Positions 1 through 8,407 of a stretch of 64,000 nucleotides of DNA are shown here, in pieces. This DNA is from a virus (taxonomy: Duplodnaviria > Heunggongvirae > Uroviricota > Caudoviricetes). Below the pieces are notes generated by a model. It made no database searches. It was not told the DNA's origin and saw only the letters and a program-made list of their open reading frames with translations. The stretch's first letter is position 1, and each line of letters begins with the position of its first letter. A program made the translations under genes and the position numbers. The stretch is from the IMG/VR virus record IMGVR_UViG_3300049049_000146, positions 227,216 to 291,215 of that record; one strand, 5' to 3'.

Positions 1-1911
1 CTCAGACGTAGTTGACTGAAGCTGCGTGGTGATCTTGTTGTAATCATCACGCATCGCGAGGTAGTTCTTCTCCTGAACCTCCAGCGCCTTCCGTGAGTCG
101 GCTACATCTTTTCCGAGGAGGCTCTGAACGTATTCGTGAGCCGCACTGGTCCCGCTACGGCCGAACATGCTTTCGAACATCGTAAGGAACGTGTCGAAGC
201 TGAAGACCATTGCCTTCAAGTAGTCCTTGATGTTGAACAGCTGCTGAATCGGGTCCTTCAAGCTCAATACCGTAGTCAACGCCTCGCGCTGTACTTCTTC
301 GGAGGACTTCATCTCACGGTCGGTATCCTCACGAAGCGCCGCAATCTCTTCAGCAACCGCGTCCGCTCGACCTTCTTTGATCATTCGAGCAAAGCGACGG
401 GACTCGAATGTGCTCAATTGAACGCCAAGCGAATCCTGTAGAATTCGACGGTAGTCTGACGTTCGAGAAACACCACCCAATGTGTCCTGGATGCTGTCCA
501 GCTTAGCTCTGATTCCAGACTTCGTGAACGCCGCCATGTTGCCCACGTCGACGTTACCCAAACCACCTTCGCGAGCAGCCGAGATCAATTCCTCGATCTG
601 CGCCCTCTGTTCATCGCCAAGGTCGCCGGGGTTGAATCCGAAAATCTCACTACCAACACGACGCGTAATCTCTTCCTGGATTGTCTGCTCGCTTTGGCCC
701 CTTAGTTCCTCGCGGACAGCCGCAATCTGTTCCTGAACCTGCGCAGATACGCGCTGGCCTGCCATGAAGGTAAATGCGTCCTCCCGCTCAGTGAAAAGAG
801 CCTGGGTGAATGCCTGCGCAACCTTCTCCTGGCCCTTAGCAGCAAGACCATACTTCATCGCTTCCTTAGCTGCGTAACCATAAGCAGCAGCGACGTTGTT
901 GATATCAGTGATCTGGCTCTGGAACTGACGCGACGCTTCCATCATCGCACGCACGAAATCTTCACGGATGGTGAAGCCAGACAACCGCACATCGCGGTTC
1001 ATCTTCTTGACGGCGTCTTTCAAGACGTCGGCCTGCTGTGCGAAATACTGAAGGTCGTCAGCGGACTCTTCGAACGACTGACCGGTCAGCTTCGAACGCT
1101 CCATCACGAACTGAAGACCCTGGCCTGTCTCGACGCCACGGTACTTCAGGAACATGAGGCGATCAGCTAGTTCCGTGACCTGCTCAACAGCACGTGGAGC
1201 CGTGATATCGACACGCGCCTGCTCAACGATCGCCTGAGTGAGCTTATCGACCTCACCCTCAGCGTCGTTATAGGCGATGCCCAGCTTTTTGACCTCAAGA
1301 TTTAGCTTCGAAAGCTGACGGCTGTACGTCATGAACGTACGCACGCCCTGTACTGCTAGCTCGCGAGTCCAGTCAGCGGTTGCCCCTGCGGTGCGCTCAA
1401 CCGTGCCGCCAATATCTCTAAACGATCCGTCAATCTCACGAATCGGAGCCGAAAGCTTCGGAAGATCTCCGAAGCGGAGCATGTTATCGACGCCAGTACG
1501 AATCGGCTTCCAGATCGTACCAACGATCGTCGAGGTATCTCGCATGTCCGTCTGAATTTCACGGAGCGTTTGCTTTACCTCTTCGTAGCGAGAGACGAGC
1601 GTCTTGATACGCTTGACCTCGCTCCGATAGTTCTTCTCACGCTGCGCGTCCAAGCCGCGCAACGTACGCATCTGAACCTGAAGCTCCTTGTCAAGCTTCG
1701 ACAGGCTCTTGCGTTCATCGTCAGCATCGCGAGCACCCCTACGGGCGTCTCCGCGGGCCTCACGAACAGCGTCTTCAGCAGATGCTACTCGGTCCAGTGT
1801 ACCGAGAAGTCCTTTTAGCTCACGTGAGTAAGCTCGAACGGCACGAGCCCGCGCATTGAGGGATGCTTCCTCTTTGCGCGAGCCCATACCTTCGAATGGA
1901 TTACGAGGCAT
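1..1911 (-). CDS. Tape measure protein, N-terminal 637 codons (runs off window start)
   Basis: Absent from the ORF track because it has no stop in the window. Manual translation from ATG at 1911 (TAATG overlap with the upstream stop) gives MPRNPFEGMGSRKEEASLNARARAVRAYSRELKGLL..., open to position 1. Helical A/E/R/Q-rich; lies directly after the frameshifted chaperone pair and tube gene. Confidence 0.8.
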   Translation of the reverse strand, partial: MPRNPFEGMGSRKEEASLNARARAVRAYSRELKGLLGTLDRVASAEDAVREARGDARRGARDADDERKSLSKLDKELQVQMRTLRGLDAQREKNYRSEVKRIKTLVSRYEEVKQTLREIQTDMRDTSTIVGTIWKPIRTGVDNMLRFGDLPKLSAPIREIDGSFRDIGGTVERTAGATADWTRELAVQGVRTFMTYSRQLSKLNLEVKKLGIAYNDAEGEVDKLTQAIVEQARVDITAPRAVEQVTELADRLMFLKYRGVETGQGLQFVMERSKLTGQSFEESADDLQYFAQQADVLKDAVKKMNRDVRLSGFTIREDFVRAMMEASRQFQSQITDINNVAAAYGYAAKEAMKYGLAAKGQEKVAQAFTQALFTEREDAFTFMAGQRVSAQVQEQIAAVREELRGQSEQTIQEEITRRVGSEIFGFNPGDLGDEQRAQIEELISAAREGGLGNVDVGNMAAFTKSGIRAKLDSIQDTLGGVSRTSDYRRILQDSLGVQLSTFESRRFARMIKEGRADAVAEEIAALREDTDREMKSSEEVQREALTTVLSLKDPIQQLFNIKDYLKAMVFSFDTFLTMFESMFGRSGTSAAHEYVQSLLGKDVADSRKALEVQEKNYLAMRDDYNKITTQLQSTTSE

Positions 1912-2486
1912 TACTTACCACCAATTCGTCGTGGAGCACCTTGCGCGAAACCAGACTGAGGCCGCTGGCTAGCGTTAAGTGGATCGACAGACGAAAGTGA
2001 GCGGTCTTGAACTGGGGTGGCTCCCATCTTACGAAGGAAGTCATCCTTAGATACCTGAGAAAGCGAAAGAGCATCGACCGGAACGTGGCCCATTCCGAAC
2101 AGACCTCCCTTAGACGGGAGAGCACGGTCGCGCAGTTGCTGCAGAAGCTCGGGCCGAATCAAGAGCGACATCGGGAAGCGAAGAGGCGCGTTAGGGTCGT
2201 GAACGACTGTCTCGTGTTCAAGATCCTTCAGTGTCTTATCTCCCTGATTTGCTTTCTCGTCCCTAGCAATCTTTTCGAGGTCCTCCGGAGTCCACACGAG
2301 ACCCAGCATCGATTCCCATCGACCGAACCAATCGTCCTCTTCCCACTGAAGGAACAAAAGGCTCGTCTCAAGATCAGCGACGCTAGCTTCGCGAATGCGA
2401 GGATCGTTCACTGTGGTCCTGAGTTTCCCTGCGATGGTTCCTCGAAGCCAGATTTCCCAATCTAGCTCGCGGACTCGGTCTCGGGT
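1911..2486 (-). CDS. Tail assembly chaperone, T (post-frameshift) segment
   Basis: ORF 1911..2411 is open upstream to the CCCTTTA slippery site at 2486-2492 in the -1 frame of the preceding gene (TRDRVRELDWEIWLRG...VNDPRIRE); sits immediately before the tape measure gene. Confidence 0.8.
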   Translation of the reverse strand, partial: TRDRVRELDWEIWLRGTIAGKLRTTVNDPRIREASVADLETSLLFLQWEEDDWFGRWESMLGLVWTPEDLEKIARDEKANQGDKTLKDLEHETVVHDPNAPLRFPMSLLIRPELLQQLRDRALPSKGGLFGMGHVPVDALSLSQVSKDDFLRKMGATPVQDRSLSSVDPLNASQRPQSGFAQGAPRRIGGK

Positions 2487-3298
2487 AAAGGGCCTTCCTT
2501 CTCCCCGTCCTCCTTGGGCTTCGGGAAGTAGTTCATGTCGATCTTCTGCTCGTAGAGTGAGTACAAGCTCTCAACAGTGTCGTACAACGACGTATTGAGA
2601 AGCTCGCAGAAAGCCTCGGCAGCAGCGAAGCGCAAACCAATGTGCGGGTACATGGGGTCCGCTACATGCGCTGGCGATTCAGGCTCAAAGCCGAGAGCCT
2701 CCCAGATCGGAATTCCATCCATCGAGGCGGTACCGATCGACACGCAGGCGGCCTTCCAGGCGAACTGGATCAGCGCCACGTTATGCTGAATCTCGCCGGT
2801 CTTCTCCAGGGCCCACTGGTAGTCCTCAGGGTTCAACCCGCGGAATCCGAAGCGCATCTCGATGTTCTTGTTCGCGTCGTCCGGGTCACGACGAAGGACA
2901 GTTCCCTCGATGACGTCGATACGAGCAAGGCCGAAGACTCGCTTGAACTTCTGAAGGATTGCCGTTTCCTTCTGCGAAGCGGGCTTCACTGCAGGCACCG
3001 CACGCTTCTTTGGAAGCTCTACAGGGGCAGCGGCTGCTGGGGCGGGAGCCGGGGCGGGAGCCGGCTGCGCAGCTGCGGTCTTCTGTGCCTGAGCGCGCTG
3101 CTGCGCCTCAAACATAGGGTCGTAAAGAACCGCACGTCCGGGGCCTCCCGCAGGCTGCGAGGGCGCGGTGTTCGAGAATGGCGTGCTTACCGGCTGAGCC
3201 GTTCCCCAAGGATCCTGGGGATGTGGCAAGGTTCCGGGAAGAGGTGCGTCCGAAATCTGCCCGAGGTTGACTCGCTCGCCGTACTTGTCGTTGCTCAT
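2462..3298 (-). CDS. Tail assembly chaperone G, 278 aa
   Basis: Position between tube and tape measure genes; slippery heptamer 8 codons before the stop; GGAG SD upstream; PA-rich N-terminal linker. Confidence 0.75.
   Translation of the reverse strand: MSNDKYGERVNLGQISDAPLPGTLPHPQDPWGTAQPVSTPFSNTAPSQPAGGPGRAVLYDPMFEAQQRAQAQKTAAAQPAPAPAPAPAAAAPVELPKKRAVPAVKPASQKETAILQKFKRVFGLARIDVIEGTVLRRDPDDANKNIEMRFGFRGLNPEDYQWALEKTGEIQHNVALIQFAWKAACVSIGTASMDGIPIWEALGFEPESPAHVADPMYPHIGLRFAAAEAFCELLNTSLYDTVESLYSLYEQKIDMNYFPKPKEDGEKEGPLPETESAS
2486..2492 (-). promoter_or_regulatory. -1 programmed ribosomal frameshift site C CCU UUA
   Basis: X XXY YYZ heptamer in the correct frame (GGC CCT TTA); the -1 frame is open into the 1911..2411 ORF; downstream GGGA-tetraloop hairpin at 2443-2469. 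Confidence 0.85.
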
Positions 3299-3337
3299 TC
3301 TGGTTCACTCCTGGATAAGATGGGGACAGCCACTGTA

Positions 3338-3344
3338 TAGATAA
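3338..3344 (-). promoter_or_regulatory. TTATCTA motif, candidate phage late promoter element
   Basis: Intergenic, just downstream of a terminator; the same motif recurs at 12585, 12528, 15228 and 59856. Confidence 0.45.
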
Positions 3345-3360
3345 TACCTGATGACGACCC

Positions 3361-3404
3361 AGAAAACAAGAAGCCCCAGCAAAAACGCCGGGGCTTCATT
3401 GTTT
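3361..3404 (-). terminator. Rho-independent terminator
   Basis: GAAGCCCCGGC-GTTTTT-GCTGGGGCTTC stem-loop followed by TTGTTTTCT on the minus strand, after the 412-aa gene. Confidence 0.8.
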
Positions 3405-3428
3405 GTCGGGGTGGTGCCGACTACGTGA

Positions 3429-4667
3429 TCACTTCTTCTTCAGAAGCGTCGCGAGGCGCTGAGCGAGCTTCTTCTCGCCCCGCTCGTGAAGCTTCTTCGC
3501 AAGCTGCGCGAGCTTCTTGCGATCGTCAGCAGACGCGATCGAAACCTCACCCATGCCCATCGGGCCCTTCACACTGAGGTTCGGCATGATGTCCATCGCC
3601 TGGGCATCCTCGCCGTCGCCGAGGTCCTCACCGAGGCCCTCTTCCTCTTCCTCCGCAGGAATTCCGAGGTCGTCGCCAGGAGCCATCGGGTCCTCCGCAG
3701 CGGGCTCCTCACCCTCCTCGGCCATATCCTCGTCCGCACCGTACATACGGTCAGACGCCTCAACGTCCTCGTCGAGCGCGCTCATCATGGACGCAAGCTC
3801 GTCCTCGCCCTCACCGAGGTCGGGAAGCGCGAGGTCCATGTCGCCGCCGTCTTCCATCGGCTCCTCGCCGCCCTCGCCGCCCTCGTCACCGAGGTCCGCC
3901 ATGTCCATGTCGGTGTCGTCAGCGGACTCTTCCGAATCCTCTGCCGGAGCTTCCTCGGACTCCTCGGACTCATCAGCGGAGAACGAATCCTCGGACTCCT
4001 CGGACTCTTCCTCGGCCGCGGGCTCTTCAGCTGCGGGTGCCTCTTCCTCGTCGCCCATCGCAAGGCGAAGAAGCTCGTCAAGCTTCGCGTCGAAATCCGC
4101 GCTCTTCTTGGTCTTTGCGGACTTCTTGCCCTCGCCGAAAGGATAGCCCTCACCCTCCTCGAAGGGATTCTCAAGCTTATCCTTCTCCTCAGCAGGAGCC
4201 TGCATCTTCGGCTTGTTCATCTTCTTGCGATCATAGATCTCAGAAGCGTCGCCCTTCTGCTGTGGCTTCGAGTGGTCACCCTCTGAAGAGTACGTGTACT
4301 CGGAGTCAAGCTCCTCCGCGATCTTCAGAACGTCAAGGGCGGCCTTCTTATCGCCTTCCTTGATAAGCTCTGCTGCAATGTCCTCAAGCTCAGAAACCTG
4401 AGCACGAGCGATCTTGCGCATCGCGGCGGCAACCTTCGCGCGACGTGCGCCTGGGTTTACCGACTTCTTAGCGGCAGGGGCGGCCTTCTTCGCGGGCTTC
4501 GCTGCGGCGGGCTTCTTCGGCGCTGCCGTACGTGCACGCTGAGCGGTGTCAAGAATTTCCGCCGACGCCTGATCTACAAGCGTTGCGAGGTCTGCATTAC
4601 CAGTCTTCTCAAGCTCCTGAGCAATGCTGTCAAGCTCAGCGAGTACGGGATTTTCATATTGCGCCAT
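3429..4667 (-). CDS. Highly acidic low-complexity protein, putative internal head/scaffold-like, 412 aa
   Basis: AGGAG SD; long D/E-rich tract flanked by three copies of an LxxIAxxLxxxGxxxxA helix motif. Confidence 0.6.
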   Translation of the reverse strand: MAQYENPVLAELDSIAQELEKTGNADLATLVDQASAEILDTAQRARTAAPKKPAAAKPAKKAAPAAKKSVNPGARRAKVAAAMRKIARAQVSELEDIAAELIKEGDKKAALDVLKIAEELDSEYTYSSEGDHSKPQQKGDASEIYDRKKMNKPKMQAPAEEKDKLENPFEEGEGYPFGEGKKSAKTKKSADFDAKLDELLRLAMGDEEEAPAAEEPAAEEESEESEDSFSADESEESEEAPAEDSEESADDTDMDMADLGDEGGEGGEEPMEDGGDMDLALPDLGEGEDELASMMSALDEDVEASDRMYGADEDMAEEGEEPAAEDPMAPGDDLGIPAEEEEEGLGEDLGDGEDAQAMDIMPNLSVKGPMGMGEVSIASADDRKKLAQLAKKLHERGEKKLAQRLATLLKKK

Positions 4668-4703
4668 GGGCTTCGACTCCTAAGGGGTGAAAAACGGAAC
4701 CAA

Positions 4704-5027
4704 TCACTTCTTCCTAAGCCACTCGCGGTTTGCGAGACGCCGCAGAACACGGCGAGCATCGGAAAGGTGTGAAGCAGCCTGACGAATCAGAGCCGCATCA
4801 TCGTCGTCAAAATAACGAAGGGCGGACGTAGAACTAATATCCTGGAAAACGTGATTCAACTCATCCAACCCAATGAAATGACTCGCGACAGCAGTACGGA
4901 CGCGGTCACGCTGCATGCGAGACTGTGCGGGAGAAGAGTCTGAGGGAGAAGACCCCTGAGCCGCACGTTCATGAATACGTGCGGCAATCTGCAGCAAACG
5001 CTCCGAAGGGATCTTCGTTTCAGACAT
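4704..5027 (-). CDS. Hypothetical protein, 107 aa
   Basis: Starts 1 nt after the tube stop; N-terminal ERLLQIAARI helix motif. Confidence 0.65.
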   Translation of the reverse strand: MSETKIPSERLLQIAARIHERAAQGSSPSDSSPAQSRMQRDRVRTAVASHFIGLDELNHVFQDISSTSALRYFDDDDAALIRQAASHLSDARRVLRRLANREWLRKK

Positions 5028-5028
5028 A

Positions 5029-5547
5029 TCAGACAGCCCTCGTACGCGAGACGAAGTTGATCTCGCCGTTCACCTGGAAAATGGCGTTGCCTTCCTTATC
5101 AGCGCCATCCTCGTTGCGGCCGGCAAACCAGCAACCAGAGTACAGCCACACGCGGTACACAGTGTTACCGCGGAACAGGTACTCCTGCATCGAGAATGGG
5201 CGAGTCTGGTCAATCAAGTCAGACCAAACTGCTGGGTAGCCCAACGCAATTTCAAACTCCTGGTTCCAGACCTCAACACGCGAGACGGACACAGAGTAGT
5301 TTGAGTTGACACCTGGTACGTAGTCAACAGGGCGACCGAACGTAAGGTGGTTAAGCTCGTACACGTGCTGGCCCGCACGCGTGTACATCTGAGGGGACCA
5401 ACTCTGAACTCGACCAATGATTCGACCACCAACGACAATCGAAATGCCGTGGTAGGTCTTGATCGTTGGTGCACCAGGCGCGTCGAATTCAAGCGGGCTA
5501 ACGCGAACGCCGTGTGGGTTCCCTGCGAATGGAGTAGGGGATGCCAT
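5029..5547 (-). CDS. Contractile tail tube protein, 172 aa
   Basis: Size, beta-strand pattern (IIGRVQSWSPQ...HVYELN...YVPG...LYSGCWF) and position between sheath and chaperone genes. Confidence 0.75.
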   Translation of the reverse strand: MASPTPFAGNPHGVRVSPLEFDAPGAPTIKTYHGISIVVGGRIIGRVQSWSPQMYTRAGQHVYELNHLTFGRPVDYVPGVNSNYSVSVSRVEVWNQEFEIALGYPAVWSDLIDQTRPFSMQEYLFRGNTVYRVWLYSGCWFAGRNEDGADKEGNAIFQVNGEINFVSRTRAV

Positions 5548-5564
5548 GTATCACTTCCTGTGGG

Positions 5565-6041
5565 TTAGCGAACTTTCTCTGCGCCTTCCAGGAGCTTGGA
5601 AGCCAAACGCTTGAGCTTCATATAACGACGCAAATCAGACTTAGTAACTCCATCGGAGTGTTTGCGAATCAACGCGGAAGTGTACGCACGCTCCTCTAAC
5701 GCCTGAGCAGCGTTCAACAAATTCAACTGCGAGATCAACGACATCTTCGATGCCTCGCGGGTCGAATCGTAGTACGCGGAGTTCTGATCGATGGTATTCA
5801 GTTCGACGTGGACAGGAAACTTGTGAAATTGTGCGGCAAATTCAACAACTGGGTGAATGCCGTGAGTTCGGATGTACCGGAGGTACTCCTGCGTGAAGAC
5901 CACTGCCTTGTCCACATCCGGAACGAGAACTCCTTTTGAGAGGAGGTCCAGCTTCCGATTGTATAGAAGAACCTGCCCCGACTGCTGAACTGCGTTCAAG
6001 CCGGTCATCTGGAGCAATTCACTGAGGCGTTCGAGAGACAT
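5565..6041 (-). CDS. Hypothetical protein, 158 aa
   Basis: TGATG coupling with the upstream gene; C-terminal KLKRLASKL motif. Confidence 0.65.
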   Translation of the reverse strand: MSLERLSELLQMTGLNAVQQSGQVLLYNRKLDLLSKGVLVPDVDKAVVFTQEYLRYIRTHGIHPVVEFAAQFHKFPVHVELNTIDQNSAYYDSTREASKMSLISQLNLLNAAQALEERAYTSALIRKHSDGVTKSDLRRYMKLKRLASKLLEGAEKVR

Positions 6042-7456
6042 CAGGTGCCCGTCTCCTCAAGCTCGTTAACCTTCTCCATGTACATCTCGTACGCGGAGAT
6101 CAGATAACCCTCGTACTGACGAAGCTGCTCGTCGTCCCATTCCGCAGGAACGAACGACGGGCGATCACCGCCCTCAAGTGCAGTGTGGATCTGCTCCATC
6201 ATGCGCTCGATATTCTGAGCCATGACCTGGAACTTCTTCAAGTCAGTGGCTTTTTGAAGCTGAGGGTGCTCGTTCACCTTCTGCTTGAGAAGCTTCAATC
6301 GGCTCTTCGCAAGCTCAAGGACTTCGTCCTTTTCGTGGCGTGGAGCGTAGAGGTCCGCGATAGAGTTCGCTGCCTCCTCGTCCGTCTTCATGCCGTCCTG
6401 CCAGGAATTGATCGCCATCTGAGCCTGGTCAGAAAGCTCCAAGCCTGCCGCCCGCTCCATGAAAGATTCAGGCGTGACCTGTCCCTTCAAGTATGCATGG
6501 ACAAGGTCTTCAATCGAGGTGGCTGCTGGAGCCTCTGTGGCAGACTCATCGGCAGAGGGCTCTTCAATAGCTTCCTCCGCGGCTGCCGGCGCTGCTTCTT
6601 CCTCTGCAGGCTCAGGCTTCGCCTCGCCACCAAGAAGCTCGTCAAACTTCGCGAACAAAAGACGCGTCTGCCGGTCTGAGGACGCTTCCGGGTAGAGCGT
6701 AGAATACTGAATGTAGATCGTGAACTCGTTCGATGCCTGGGGCAGCGAGCGGTTCTTCAGCGCAACACCACGAGTAAGGTCATTGAAGACCTTCATTGCA
6801 TCTTCGGACGATTCGAACACAGCGGGACGAAGAGCGTCCTCGTCCTTGACGCGAGCAGACTCGTAATAAGCGGTCTCGCCCGTGTCCACGTCAATGATGC
6901 GCCAACGCTGGTTCGCAAAGTCACGAACAACCTTGTACTTACGATCGCCCGCACGACGAGCGTCGGTAGCAATGATCTTGGTGCGAGTCTGCGTCCCGCC
7001 GAATACGTCAGAGAGAAGCTTCTCAAGCTGCTGCGTCGAAAGGACCGTACCGCCGTAATGAGGACCAGTAGACATGTCGTGGACAGTCTTGCTGGTCATT
7101 ACACCAAGACCCTGTTCGGTCTTGTTGGTCAGGTAGATGGGTCCAAAAATGAATTCAACCCGAATGGCCTCACCCACGTTAGGAATGAACGACCTAGCGG
7201 CGCGTACACCCTTATCCGTCAAAATTGACGGTGGAGGGGACGTCGGCTTCGCCGCGTTCTGCGACTTGAAACGTGGGAGGCTATCGGGGAAAAGGAAAGC
7301 GACAAGCTTCTTTAGGCTACCGTTGCTCGCACGGTCAAATGCAGCAACAGCCTGTCCTGGATCGACAGGACGAAACGCAACCTGTTGGGTTCTGATTGCT
7401 AGCTTGTGGAAGAAGCTAGCAAGGCGAATCCTCGTTGACTGATCCAGGACAGGCAT
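6041..7456 (-). CDS. Hypothetical protein, 471 aa (putative virion internal protein)
   Basis: Long ORF in operon, GAGG SD, E/A/P-rich linker between two domains. Confidence 0.7.
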   Translation of the reverse strand: MPVLDQSTRIRLASFFHKLAIRTQQVAFRPVDPGQAVAAFDRASNGSLKKLVAFLFPDSLPRFKSQNAAKPTSPPPSILTDKGVRAARSFIPNVGEAIRVEFIFGPIYLTNKTEQGLGVMTSKTVHDMSTGPHYGGTVLSTQQLEKLLSDVFGGTQTRTKIIATDARRAGDRKYKVVRDFANQRWRIIDVDTGETAYYESARVKDEDALRPAVFESSEDAMKVFNDLTRGVALKNRSLPQASNEFTIYIQYSTLYPEASSDRQTRLLFAKFDELLGGEAKPEPAEEEAAPAAAEEAIEEPSADESATEAPAATSIEDLVHAYLKGQVTPESFMERAAGLELSDQAQMAINSWQDGMKTDEEAANSIADLYAPRHEKDEVLELAKSRLKLLKQKVNEHPQLQKATDLKKFQVMAQNIERMMEQIHTALEGGDRPSFVPAEWDDEQLRQYEGYLISAYEMYMEKVNELEETGT

Positions 7457-7462
7457 CTTGCC

Positions 7463-8392
7463 TCAGAAAGTAAGATCGTCGTATGCACGGGGCGCTGCCA
7501 TACGGGACAGCGTCTTAGCGCGCTCAACCTCGTGATTGAGCTTCGCAACGAGCTTATAGCTCGCCGTTACTTCATCCGCAAACTTGTTACCCGCCGCTGC
7601 CGCCTTTGCCTGACCAAGCGAATCAAACACCTTGCGGATGGTCTGAGTCACAGGGACAAGCTCGCCGAGGAGCGCCTTCGAATTCTTGCGAATGGTGTCA
7701 AGGAGAAGCGACAGAGCAGCGCGCATCTGACGAACGTCGTTCGACATCACAGCGTTCTCAAGTCCGTCGTTCGCCTTAGAAATGGTCGCAAGCGCCTGCT
7801 GAATTGCAGGAAGCTTACCCTTCACCATCTCATAAAGCTGGAACACAGGCTTGCGCTGAGCATCGCTGCCCTTAGCATTCTCCTTCGCTACCTGAGGCTT
7901 GGTAAGCGGAGATCCGAGGTCGCCCTCGTCAAGCTCACGCGTATCAAGGTCCTCCATCAGGGCCCGACGAAGCTCGGCGATCTTCGCCTTACGAGCGTCG
8001 CCCGCGTCGGCAATCTTCGCCTTGACCTTCGGCTTAGGAGTGGACTTCAGCGGGGGCGTCTCGGAGGTAAGCTCCTTACGCTTCTTGTCCGCCTCGTCCA
8101 GCGCCTTCTGCTTGGTCTTCTTTGGCGTTCCCTTGTCAGCAACCTCTTCCTTGCGGCGAGGAGTCGCCTTGTCACGCTTGTTGGTCGGCTTTACCTTCGC
8201 AAGCTCCTTCGAAGGAGAGCGCTTGTCCTCAGCCGTCTGCTTCGCCTGAGCCTTATCCTCAGGGAACGATTCAGACTTGGGCTTTGAGGGCGCCTTCTTC
8301 TTGGCAGCTTCCTTTTCCAGGGTCTCGATCATCTTTCGGCGGGCAGCAGCCGACACCCGACGAAGGCGATCATTCATGGTGCTCGTTGTCAT
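7463..8392 (-). CDS. Lys-rich hypothetical protein, 309 aa
   Basis: In operon after the sheath gene; K-rich disordered N-half and helical C-half; DRLRRVSAAA motif. Confidence 0.7.
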   Translation of the reverse strand: MTTSTMNDRLRRVSAAARRKMIETLEKEAAKKKAPSKPKSESFPEDKAQAKQTAEDKRSPSKELAKVKPTNKRDKATPRRKEEVADKGTPKKTKQKALDEADKKRKELTSETPPLKSTPKPKVKAKIADAGDARKAKIAELRRALMEDLDTRELDEGDLGSPLTKPQVAKENAKGSDAQRKPVFQLYEMVKGKLPAIQQALATISKANDGLENAVMSNDVRQMRAALSLLLDTIRKNSKALLGELVPVTQTIRKVFDSLGQAKAAAAGNKFADEVTASYKLVAKLNHEVERAKTLSRMAAPRAYDDLTF

Positions 8393-8407
8393 GGGCTATC
8401 TCTCTCC

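Noticed and set aside
3024-4030. Short tandem repeats (GGGGCGGGAGCC; TCCTCGGAC)
   Set aside because: They simply encode PAPAPA and ESEESE low-complexity protein tracts.
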